A stretch of 18,381 nt of DNA, from NCBI GenBank assembly GCA_045561295.1, contig JBJKYD010000018.1, positions 1 through 18,381 on the forward strand, in the 5' to 3' direction. The notes under the pieces were generated by a model, which had not been told where the DNA came from, ran no database searches, and saw only the letters and a list, made by a program, of their open reading frames with translations. The position numbers and the translations under genes were made by a program. This DNA is from Gammaproteobacteria bacterium (GTDB taxonomy: Bacteria; Pseudomonadota; Gammaproteobacteria; GCA-002705445; GCA-002716945). This document shows, piece by piece, positions 1 through 7,671 of the stretch (positions are counted from its first letter, which is position 1; the number at the start of each line of letters is the position of its first letter).

Positions 1-1019
1 TTATTGCCCCATTATTTGGTCTAATGGCTGATAAATTTTCAAATAAGAAATCATTCCTATTAATATTTGCAGGCCTAAGTATTATTTCTACATTAATATT
101 ATCTTTAATTTCCAAAGATAGTTATGTATTAGCATCTATATTTTTTTCTATATCATTATTAGGATTCATGATGTCTAATGTCTTTTATGACTCTATGTTA
201 TTAAATTTTAGTTCTGAGAGATATGACAAAATTTCTTCTACTGGTTATGCGCTCGGATATCTTGGAGGTGGTCTAGCTTTTGTATTTACATTAATATTTC
301 TTTATTTCAATTCAGATTCTTCAATTGAAATAATCTCATCTAATAAAATAGTATTCATCTTTGCTGCATCCTGGTGGATGATATTCATGATTCCTCTTTT
401 TTTGTATTGGTCTGAAGAAAAAATAGAATCAAAAACCACATCTTTGATTGATACTTTTAAGGAAATCAAATCAACTAAATCAATATTTTTATTTCTTCTT
501 GCTTACTGGATCTATATTGATGGTGTAGATACAATTATAAGGATGGCCATTAATTATGGTCTAATATTGGGATTTAGTTCTTCTGACTTACTCATTGCAT
601 TACTAGTAACACAATTTGTTGCATTTCCAGGAACTTTGCTGATAAATAAAATTTCAGAATATTTTACGAGTGAAGTAGCAATTGTTGGTTGTTTAATTAT
701 GTATTTAATAATAACCATTTTGGCATATAACTTGGAAAGTATATTTGAATTCTACCTAATAGCTTCATTAATAGGCTTAGTTCAAGGGGGTATTCAAGCT
801 TTAAGCAGATCATATTTTGCAAGACTTATTCCACACAATAAACATTCTGAGTATTTTGGTATTTATAATATGCTAGGTAAATTTGCTGCATTAATAGGTC
901 CTTTAGTAGTTGGTTTAATTACCTATATAACAAATGATCCACGATTAGGAATGCTCAGTATAGGTTTATTCTTTATTGTTGGTATAATACTTTTTAATTT
1001 TTCAAGAACGGCAAAGTAA
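1..1019 (+). CDS. MFS transporter (UMF1/Atg22-like family), 5' end outside the window
   Basis: The frame is open upstream of the track's ATG at 24 (I-A-P-L-F-G-L-M-A-D, an MFS loop motif). There are many TM segments and family-like motifs: NVFYDSML, SSTGYALGYLGGG, YIDGVDTII, GGIQALSRSYFARLIP, EYFGIYNMLGKFAALIGP. Confidence 0.85.
   Translation, partial: IAPLFGLMADKFSNKKSFLLIFAGLSIISTLILSLISKDSYVLASIFFSISLLGFMMSNVFYDSMLLNFSSERYDKISSTGYALGYLGGGLAFVFTLIFLYFNSDSSIEIISSNKIVFIFAASWWMIFMIPLFLYWSEEKIESKTTSLIDTFKEIKSTKSIFLFLLAYWIYIDGVDTIIRMAINYGLILGFSSSDLLIALLVTQFVAFPGTLLINKISEYFTSEVAIVGCLIMYLIITILAYNLESIFEFYLIASLIGLVQGGIQALSRSYFARLIPHNKHSEYFGIYNMLGKFAALIGPLVVGLITYITNDPRLGMLSIGLFFIVGIILFNFSRTAK
980..988 (+). 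promoter_or_regulatory. Putative extended -10 promoter (TGnTATAAT) for tRNA-Ser, embedded in the MFS 3' end
   Basis: TG-G-TATAAT at 980-988 lies 40 nt upstream of the tRNA. Only 9 nt separate the MFS stop from the tRNA. The AT-rich background lowers specificity. Confidence 0.45.
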
Positions 1020-1028
1020 CAAGTTAAT

Positions 1029-1115
1029 GGTAGGTTGGCAGAGTGGTCGAATGCGCCACCTTGGAAAGGTGGTTAGCGAGAAATCGTTACAAGGGTTCGA
1101 ATCCCTTACCTACCT
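1029..1115 (+). tRNA. tRNA-Ser (anticodon GGA), long variable arm, CCA not encoded
   Basis: Acceptor GGTAGGT/ACCTACC; D arm GCA..GAGTGGTCGAA..TGC; anticodon arm CCACC-TTGGAAA-GGTGG; variable arm TAGCGA-GAAA-TCGTTA; T arm AAGGG-TTCGAAT-CCCTT. Confidence 0.96.
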
Positions 1116-1140
1116 GTGATATTTATGATAATCTATCGAA

Positions 1141-2010
1141 ATGAAGTCTATAAAGCATTTATTGAACGGTATAACCGGACATGTTTACAAGTACGCACAT
1201 AATATAAAAAATCTAAAGAATAAAACTATAATTGACATACCATGTGGAGACGGAAGAATGTCAGCAGTTTTCAAAGAGTTAGGAGCGACAGTTGAATCAT
1301 ATGACTTAGATAGTAAAGATAATGACTATACTGTACATCGACATAAATTTGCTGACATGAATGAACGCTTACCGATAGATAGCAACCATGCTGATATCAT
1401 TCTATGCCAAGAGGGTATCGAACATCTTCAGGATCAATTTTTTATATTTAGTGAATTTAATAGAATCTTAAAAAAAGGTGGAATTTTAATACTCACAACA
1501 CCATCAATTTCAAATATAAGATCTAAACTCGCTTATTTATTTATGGAAACAGAGAACTTTAAAAGACTTCCTTATAATGAAATTGATGCACTATGGAGGG
1601 TTGATAAAAGTAATGACAAAACAAAAATATACTTTGGGCATCTATTTTTAATAACATGCTCGAAATTATTTACTATATCAAAAATTAATGGTTTCAGATT
1701 AAAGGAAAATATACTCACTAAAATATCACCATCATCTTTTTTTTGGTGCATTTTATTCTACCCTTTGATTTTATTATCTAATGCACTATCTTATTTTATA
1801 TATCTTAAAAATAATAAATCGAGAACTAATGTGAAAGATAAAATTATGCGTGAAACATTTTTAATGAATATAAATTATAAGACATTGTTATCTAAACATA
1901 CATTCTGGATATTAGAAAAAAACATGTCTAGTAATGAAACAATTGATTCACTGTCATCTTTTACAGAGAATGTTACAGATGAAACTAAATCAAACAGAGA
2001 AATTAGGTAA
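1141..2010 (+). CDS. Class I SAM-dependent methyltransferase (Methyltransf_11-like)
   Basis: Motif I IIDIPCGDG, then ADIILCQEGIEHL and RILKKGGILILTTP. There is a hydrophobic segment (FFWCILFYPLILLSNALSYFIYL) in the C-terminal half. Confidence 0.85.
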   Translation: MKSIKHLLNGITGHVYKYAHNIKNLKNKTIIDIPCGDGRMSAVFKELGATVESYDLDSKDNDYTVHRHKFADMNERLPIDSNHADIILCQEGIEHLQDQFFIFSEFNRILKKGGILILTTPSISNIRSKLAYLFMETENFKRLPYNEIDALWRVDKSNDKTKIYFGHLFLITCSKLFTISKINGFRLKENILTKISPSSFFWCILFYPLILLSNALSYFIYLKNNKSRTNVKDKIMRETFLMNINYKTLLSKHTFWILEKNMSSNETIDSLSSFTENVTDETKSNREIR

Positions 2011-2058
2011 ATATATCTCCATAATGATATATTTAAACAGAAGTTAGCATCAATGACC

Positions 2059-2080
2059 TGTCATACACTTGTCATACACT
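2059..2080. repeat. Perfect 11-bp tandem direct repeat TGTCATACACT x2 (candidate integrase arm-type sites)
   Basis: Copies at 2059-2069 and 2070-2080, ending 45 nt before the tRNA-fragment repeat. The repeat is seen directly; its function is inferred. Confidence 0.8.
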
Positions 2081-2125
2081 TTTTTGAGCATGAATCTATA
2101 CTTGACTTGTAGAGGGTGTGAATGA

Positions 2126-2146
2126 GTTCGAATCCCTTACCCATCT
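2126..2146 (+). repeat. Duplicated 3' fragment of tRNA-Ser (attR-like)
   Basis: T loop, 3' T-stem strand and acceptor strand, 19/21 identical to 1095-1115. Confidence 0.85.
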
Positions 2147-2214
2147 ATCATATAACGTAATAGTAAATTGCTATAACATCATTCGAAAGACATGATAAAA
2201 TACATCATCAATAG

Positions 2215-2673
2215 ATGAATCAATCAATAAAAAAGCTTAATGACAACGAACAAAGAAGCGTTAATCTCGCTGTAGACTTTCTTGTTCCTTATGTACACTC
2301 GATTGTAGAAATATCATCTGAAGTTGACTTGCCAATTAATAAATTTAAAGAAAATATAAGAAACTTATATTTTACTGTTGACTCAGAAGATAGAGGTCGT
2401 ATTGAGGCTTCTGCTAAGCATAATAATTTTGATTTTTCCCTTCTTTACACTGGTACGAGAAGTTTTGTTTTAAAAATTAAGGGCTATGATAACTTCGTTG
2501 GATTTATTTATATGGAAACAAATAAAGGCATGAATATTCATGATGATTTAAGTTCTGGTAATGAGCATATCTCTAATGAGATTATGAATCAATTCCTCAA
2601 GTACTACAAAAGTCCCTATTTAGTAACGGATATATATAAAGAATTTATCACTCAAGGGAAAAACTTTATATGA
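2215..2673 (+). CDS. Hypothetical protein, 152 aa
   Basis: Long ORF for such AT-rich DNA, with an ATGA overlap into ugd. No motif recognised. Confidence 0.75.
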   Translation: MNQSIKKLNDNEQRSVNLAVDFLVPYVHSIVEISSEVDLPINKFKENIRNLYFTVDSEDRGRIEASAKHNNFDFSLLYTGTRSFVLKIKGYDNFVGFIYMETNKGMNIHDDLSSGNEHISNEIMNQFLKYYKSPYLVTDIYKEFITQGKNFI

Positions 2674-3839
2674 AAGTATTTATTATAGGAATGGGTTATG
2701 TAGGGCTTTCAAATGCTGTATTGCTATCATTAAAAAATAATGTCATTTGTCATGATATTGACACTTCAAAGCTTGATTGCATAAATAAACGTGTATCACC
2801 AATAAAAGATAGTTTAATTTCCAGTTACTTTAAAAATAAAAAACTTAAATTAACAACATCAGAACGCATAGACAAAGAAATGTCAAAATCAGACTTTATA
2901 ATTATCTCAACACCTACTGACTTTAATGTTCAAAAGAAAACTTTCGATACCTCATCTATTGATATAATTTTGAAAAAACTAAATTCTTTAAAATCTACAG
3001 CATATATTATTATCAAATCTACATTACCTATTGGATATACAAAAAATGTTAATAGTTTATATAAAAAACTTAAAATATATTTCTCTCCAGAATTCCTTCG
3101 TGAAGGCAAGGCATTGTATGATAATCTTTACCCATCTAGGATAATAGTGGGTGGCAAAGATAAAGGTGCAAAACAATTCGCCAATATGTTAAAAAAATCT
3201 AGTTTAAAAAAAAATATAAAAACTCTATTTATGGATAGTAGTGAGGCTGAGTCTGTAAAGCTTTTTGCAAATAGTTACCTTGCAGCACGCATTTCATTTT
3301 TTAATGAACTTGATTCCTTCTCTATGTCTAATAATTTTGATTCTAAACAATTAATTGATGGTATTTGTTCTGATCCAAGAATAGGTGATGGATATAATAA
3401 TCCATCATTTGGTTATGGCGGTTACTGCCTGCCTAAAGATACCAAACAGCTTGAAACAAGCTTCAATTCTATTCCAAATTCCATGATCAAATCAATAAAT
3501 AAATCAAATCAACTTAGGAAAAAGTGTATTGTCGATGATTTATTAAAAACTAAAGCAAAAAATATTGGGATATATCAATTAGCCATGAAAAAGGGATCTG
3601 ATAACTTTAGACAATCAAGTATTATTGATATAATAAAAATACTTAAAAATAAAGGTAAAAATATTTATATCCATGAGCCTTTGGTTACTAATCAAAGTAA
3701 AATCTATGGGTGTATTTTAATTAATGATTTTGATTTGTTTATAAAAAAGGTAAATCTTATTGTAACTAATAGATTATCGATCAGACTTAATAAGCTGTCA
3801 AAAAGGATTTACACAAGAGATATATATGGAGAAAACTAA
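2670..3839 (+). CDS. ugd: UDP-glucose 6-dehydrogenase
   Basis: Rossmann GMGYVGLSNA, FSPEFLREGKALYDNLYPSRIIVG, VKLFANSYLA, and catalytic-Cys motif YNNPSFGYGGYCLPKDTKQL. Confidence 0.93.
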   Translation: MKVFIIGMGYVGLSNAVLLSLKNNVICHDIDTSKLDCINKRVSPIKDSLISSYFKNKKLKLTTSERIDKEMSKSDFIIISTPTDFNVQKKTFDTSSIDIILKKLNSLKSTAYIIIKSTLPIGYTKNVNSLYKKLKIYFSPEFLREGKALYDNLYPSRIIVGGKDKGAKQFANMLKKSSLKKNIKTLFMDSSEAESVKLFANSYLAARISFFNELDSFSMSNNFDSKQLIDGICSDPRIGDGYNNPSFGYGGYCLPKDTKQLETSFNSIPNSMIKSINKSNQLRKKCIVDDLLKTKAKNIGIYQLAMKKGSDNFRQSSIIDIIKILKNKGKNIYIHEPLVTNQSKIYGCILINDFDLFIKKVNLIVTNRLSIRLNKLSKRIYTRDIYGEN

Positions 3840-4171
3840 TGTCAGTTAAAATTAACTTTGTCAGGGGGGATGAAGTGTTAACAACCACTATGAGTGTCGG
3901 ACGCACTATGTTAGATGCTGCAAAGAAACTTAACATACCAGAAATTCCAGCTATCTGTAATGGATCATGTAATTGTGGAACTTGTCATGTTCATATTGAT
4001 CCTGAGTGGGTTGATAAAATTGAACCCATGGATACCGGCTCAATGGAACTATTCATGTTAGAGAGATCTGATCATTATGATGAAAACAGAAGCAGGCTAT
4101 GTTGCCAAATGGATATTTATGATGTCTATGAAGGACTTACAGTTCACTTAGTTGATAACAGAAAAGACTAG
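3839..4171 (+). CDS. 2Fe-2S ferredoxin (adrenodoxin/putidaredoxin type)
   Basis: CNGSCNCGTCHVHI (C-x5-C-x2-C) and SRLCCQ. Confidence 0.9.
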   Translation: MSVKINFVRGDEVLTTTMSVGRTMLDAAKKLNIPEIPAICNGSCNCGTCHVHIDPEWVDKIEPMDTGSMELFMLERSDHYDENRSRLCCQMDIYDVYEGLTVHLVDNRKD

Positions 4172-4175
4172 CATA

Positions 4176-4844
4176 ATGTTGAATCAAAATTTTGATGAAA
4201 AAGTCGTACTAAAATCATCGGAATTAACACCTGTTAGTTCGCCATGTGACGGAGTAGAGAGGACTTTTCTGGAGAGAAATGAAAATTCAGAATATGCCAT
4301 ATCCACAACGATTGTAGAATTTAAACCAAATTCTTTTTTTAGTGAACATGTCCATGATTTAGGAGAAGAACTATTCGTTTTGGAGGGCACTTTTTCAGAT
4401 GAGTTTGGAAACTATCCTGCTGGTACGTATATTAGGAATCCTCACAATACTAAACATAGTCCATTTAGTAAAAGAGGTTGCAAGCTTCTGGTAAAGTTAA
4501 GACAATTTAATCCTATGGATAATAAACAAGTTAACATAAATACAAATAATGTACCTTGGCTGCCAGGTCTAGTGCAAGGGCTTAAAGTTATGCCTCTACA
4601 TAATTATGAGTATGAGAATACAGCTCTTGTAAAATGGGATCCAAACACTGAGTTTAGTTTCCACCAACATCATGGCGGAGAGGAAATATTTGTACTTAAA
4701 GGAACTTTCTATGATGAATTTGGAAAATATCCTGAACAAACTTGGATTAGAAGTCCTCATATGAGTAAGCATAAACCTTTCACACTGACTGATGGCGCAT
4801 TAATATTTGTTAAAACAGGTCATTTACTAAATAAAAAAAGATGA
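4176..4844 (+). CDS. ChrR-like tandem cupin domain protein
   Basis: Two cupin repeats: HVHDLGEELFVLEGTFSDEFGNYPAGTYIRNP and HQHHGGEEIFVLKGTFYDEFGKYPEQTWIRSP. The ATG at 4176 is preferred over the overlapping TTG at 4152. Confidence 0.88.
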   Translation: MLNQNFDEKVVLKSSELTPVSSPCDGVERTFLERNENSEYAISTTIVEFKPNSFFSEHVHDLGEELFVLEGTFSDEFGNYPAGTYIRNPHNTKHSPFSKRGCKLLVKLRQFNPMDNKQVNINTNNVPWLPGLVQGLKVMPLHNYEYENTALVKWDPNTEFSFHQHHGGEEIFVLKGTFYDEFGKYPEQTWIRSPHMSKHKPFTLTDGALIFVKTGHLLNKKR

Positions 4845-6388
4845 ACGATAAAATACTAGCGTTAAAATATAGGCCTCATTTTTTTGATGAGGTTGTAGGA
4901 CAAGAGTTTTGCGTACAATCACTAAGCAATTCTATTAATCTTAATAAAATACATAATGCTTATCTATTTTCAGGTACAAGAGGTGTAGGTAAAACAACTA
5001 TTGCAAGAATATTTGCAAAATCTTTATTATGTAAAGAGGGAATAAGCGCTACTCCTTGCGGTAAATGTGATTCATGTCTTGGAATTGATAAAAACAATAA
5101 TCTTGATCTTATAGAAATCGATGCAGCATCAAGAACAAAAGTAGAGGATACACGTACACTTATGGAAAATGTACAATATGCTCCTACATCCTCACGATTT
5201 AAAATATATTTGATTGATGAAGTTCATATGCTATCTACCAAAAGTTTCAACGCTTTGCTTAAAACTATTGAAGAGCCACCAGCACATGTAAAATTTTTAC
5301 TTGCAACTACGGAACCTGAGAAACTTCCTGAAACAGTTATATCAAGATGTCTACATTTTAAACTTGAACCTATTACTTGTAAAGAACTTGGAGAACATAT
5401 TAAAAAAGTATTAGAGTATGAGAACATTAATTTTGAAAAAGATGTTCCAGAAATTATCGCAACTGCAGCCAGAGGGAGCGCAAGAGATTCCATGAGTATT
5501 TTAGAACAATGTATTTCTTATACTAATGGAGACCTTAAAAAAGCTAAAATCTCTCAACTACTTGGATTAATTGAAAATACTCTCATTGATCAAATTATTC
5601 ACAATCTTTATGAAAATTCTATTGGAGAAATTAATGATATATTAATGTCTTCAAATATATCTGATTATTCAAAATTGCTCGATTGTTTAATTGAACGTAT
5701 TTTCCAGATTTCTATATCACAATCACTGAATAAGAATAATTTTAACTTACCTAATAATTTTCTAGATACAGATATTAGTCTTCAAGATCTGCAGCTATGG
5801 TATTCTATTTTAATGCAATCTAAGGAACAAATGTTCAATGCTGTATCTAAGGCTGATCACTTAATGATGATACTTCTACGTATATCATTATTTACTGAAT
5901 ATCCTGATCATGTTAAATCTAAAATTAATAATCAAAGCAAAGATACTGCTATTTTAACTGATTCTAAAAAAAAAATTGAAACCGTAGCTGAAGATAATAT
6001 CTCTCAAAGTATTATTGATATATTAACGTGGGAAAAAACGATCAATAGTTTTAAATTGCAAGGACTAATGCTTGATCTTGCCAATAATTCTATTCTAGAC
6101 ATGAAAAATGATGCAACAATTTTGATTATAGATAAATCCAAAGAAAATACTTATCCAAAAAAATGTATTACCGATTTCAGTATATTAATATGCTCAAATT
6201 TCAAAAGCGATCATGTATTGACAATAGAATATAGAGAAAATATTAACACACTTTATAAAAAATCTATCACCGATGGTATCAAATCTAAAAATGATATGTA
6301 TGAGGCTATTAAAGATAATAATGATCTCAAAGAAATAGAGAGTGTATTTGGTGCTAAAATAGATAAAGACAATATTAGTAAACTTTAA
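4841..6388 (+). CDS. dnaX: DNA polymerase III subunit tau/gamma
   Basis: LALKYRP, Walker A GTRGVGKTT, Zn module PCGKCDSC, EIDAAS, DEVHMLS, SRC motif, GSARD. Confidence 0.96.
   Translation: MNDKILALKYRPHFFDEVVGQEFCVQSLSNSINLNKIHNAYLFSGTRGVGKTTIARIFAKSLLCKEGISATPCGKCDSCLGIDKNNNLDLIEIDAASRTKVEDTRTLMENVQYAPTSSRFKIYLIDEVHMLSTKSFNALLKTIEEPPAHVKFLLATTEPEKLPETVISRCLHFKLEPITCKELGEHIKKVLEYENINFEKDVPEIIATAARGSARDSMSILEQCISYTNGDLKKAKISQLLGLIENTLIDQIIHNLYENSIGEINDILMSSNISDYSKLLDCLIERIFQISISQSLNKNNFNLPNNFLDTDISLQDLQLWYSILMQSKEQMFNAVSKADHLMMILLRISLFTEYPDHVKSKINNQSKDTAILTDSKKKIETVAEDNISQSIIDILTWEKTINSFKLQGLMLDLANNSILDMKNDATILIIDKSKENTYPKKCITDFSILICSNFKSDHVLTIEYRENINTLYKKSITDGIKSKNDMYEAIKDNNDLKEIESVFGAKIDKDNISKL
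5966..5975 (+). other. A10 homopolymer in the dnaX linker, candidate slippage/frameshift site
   Basis: TCT AAA AAA AAA ATT GAA ACC GTA G: adding one A gives AAT TGA, and removing one A gives TTG AAA CCG TAG. Confidence 0.5.
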
Positions 6389-6403
6389 ACTGGAGCAATA
6401 TTT

Positions 6404-6712
6404 ATGGGAATGTTTGATAAGATGAAAGACGCTAAAAATATGTATAGTAATATTAAAAAGGCTCAGAATGAAATTAATAAGATAAAAGTTGAGGGAACAG
6501 CTGGAGCCGGAGCAGTTAGGGTAACAGTGAAGGGCAATCATCAGGTAGTTAGTATAGAGATAGATGATGATACACATACTGGTAACAAAAAAATTCTTCA
6601 AGACTATCTTGTCGCAGCATGTAACGATGCAATGAACAAACTTGAAAAAGAAACAAAAGATAAAATGGGTAGCGTAATGAACTTGCCAGGTGGCATGAAA
6701 CTCCCTTTTTGA
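6404..6712 (+). CDS. ybaB: YbaB/EbfC nucleoid-associated protein
   Basis: VEGTAGAGAVRVTVKG, LVAACNDA and C-terminal LPGGMKLPF. It lies between dnaX and recR, with a GGAG RBS at 6392-6395. Confidence 0.93.
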   Translation: MGMFDKMKDAKNMYSNIKKAQNEINKIKVEGTAGAGAVRVTVKGNHQVVSIEIDDDTHTGNKKILQDYLVAACNDAMNKLEKETKDKMGSVMNLPGGMKLPF

Positions 6713-6715
6713 TAA

Positions 6716-7336
6716 ATGATTAAATCTAAATATCTTGAGAACTTGATTGACGCAATAACTATACTTCCTGGTGTGGGAAGAAAAAGCGCTCAAAGAATGG
6801 CTTACCAGCTTTTAAATACTAATCCTGAAAAATCTCTTCATCTATCACATGAATTAAAAAATATTGATACAAAAATATCTAAATGTTTAGTATGTGGGGT
6901 TTTCATGGATATTGAGGAAGTTGAAAAACAAACATATAATTCTTGTCATATATGTGAAAGACAAAATCGAGATACTTCTATAATTTGTGTAATAGAATCA
7001 GCAAGTGATGTATATACAATTGATGAAAGCACAAATTACAATGGATATTACTTTGTTCTTCAAGGAAACCTCTCTCCCATTGATGGCAGAGGTCCTTCAG
7101 AAATTGGTTTAGATAAATTAGAAAAAAGACTTTCAGAAAAAAATATCAAAGAATTGATTTTAGCTACTAATACAACAATTGAGGGTGAAGCTACTGCCCA
7201 TTATATAAAAAATATGGCCACTAAAAATAGTATTAAGGTATCAAGACTTGCATTTGGACTTCCACTTAACGGTGAGATTGGATTTTTAGACAACGAGACA
7301 ATATCTCATGCTTTTAATGAGAGAAAAATACTCTAA
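6716..7336 (+). CDS. recR: Recombination mediator RecR
   Basis: HhH LPGVGRKSAQRMAY, C4 zinc finger, Toprim ICVIES, LSPIDG, ELILATNTTIEGEATAHY, SRLAFGLP. Confidence 0.96.
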   Translation: MIKSKYLENLIDAITILPGVGRKSAQRMAYQLLNTNPEKSLHLSHELKNIDTKISKCLVCGVFMDIEEVEKQTYNSCHICERQNRDTSIICVIESASDVYTIDESTNYNGYYFVLQGNLSPIDGRGPSEIGLDKLEKRLSEKNIKELILATNTTIEGEATAHYIKNMATKNSIKVSRLAFGLPLNGEIGFLDNETISHAFNERKIL

Positions 7337-7671
7337 ACAGATGTAATCTTATCTAATTTTGCTGCACAAATGAAATCATTCTCTGAAAGGCCATCAATTG
7401 CATAAGTAAAATATTTTACTATAGCAGTATTATAACCAAATGTTACTTCTGGGTGATGATCTTCATTATTAGAGATATGTATTACTAAATTAACCAAAGA
7501 TGTAATTTCATGATGATTCTTACATGTAAATGTTCTTTGTATGCTTTTCACATCGGTATTTAATAACCAGTCTCTATGAAGTTTTTCTAAAAAACTAAGA
7601 CATTTATCTTTTGTCAATGGATCTAAACCACCTTCGCATGGCAGACATTTCTTTTTATCTAGTTCATTCAT
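7333..7671 (-). CDS. phhB: Pterin-4-alpha-carbinolamine dehydratase
   Basis: KKCLPCEGG N-terminus, EDHHPEV, IDGLSENDFICAAKLD. Confidence 0.9.
   Translation of the reverse strand: MNELDKKKCLPCEGGLDPLTKDKCLSFLEKLHRDWLLNTDVKSIQRTFTCKNHHEITSLVNLVIHISNNEDHHPEVTFGYNTAIVKYFTYAIDGLSENDFICAAKLDKITSV

Larger units (their letters stand above)
1095..2146. mobile_element. Putative tRNA-integrated mini-island or single-gene cassette (attL in the tRNA, attR at 2126-2146), no integrase
   Basis: GTTCGAATCCCTTACCTACCT (1095-1115) recurs as GTTCGAATCCCTTACCCATCT (2126-2146): 16 bp perfect and 19/21 overall, with a period of 1031 bp enclosing one ORF. Confidence 0.7.

Noticed and set aside
2059-2080. CRISPR array
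   Set aside because: Only two 11-bp units with no spacer, and no cas genes.
2110-2217. Second tRNA, SRP RNA (ffs) or riboswitch in the intergenic region (TAGAGGGT/ACCCATCTA pairing, small GAAA hairpin at about 2178-2196)
   Set aside because: There is no D or anticodon arm, the T stem is mismatched, and no SRP GGAA/GCAG domain is present. The stems are short enough to arise by chance.
3206-3214. A9 run in ugd as a phase-variation tract
   Set aside because: It encodes L-K-K-N in a Lys-rich, AT-rich gene, and there is no precedent or other support visible here. Read-level data would be needed.
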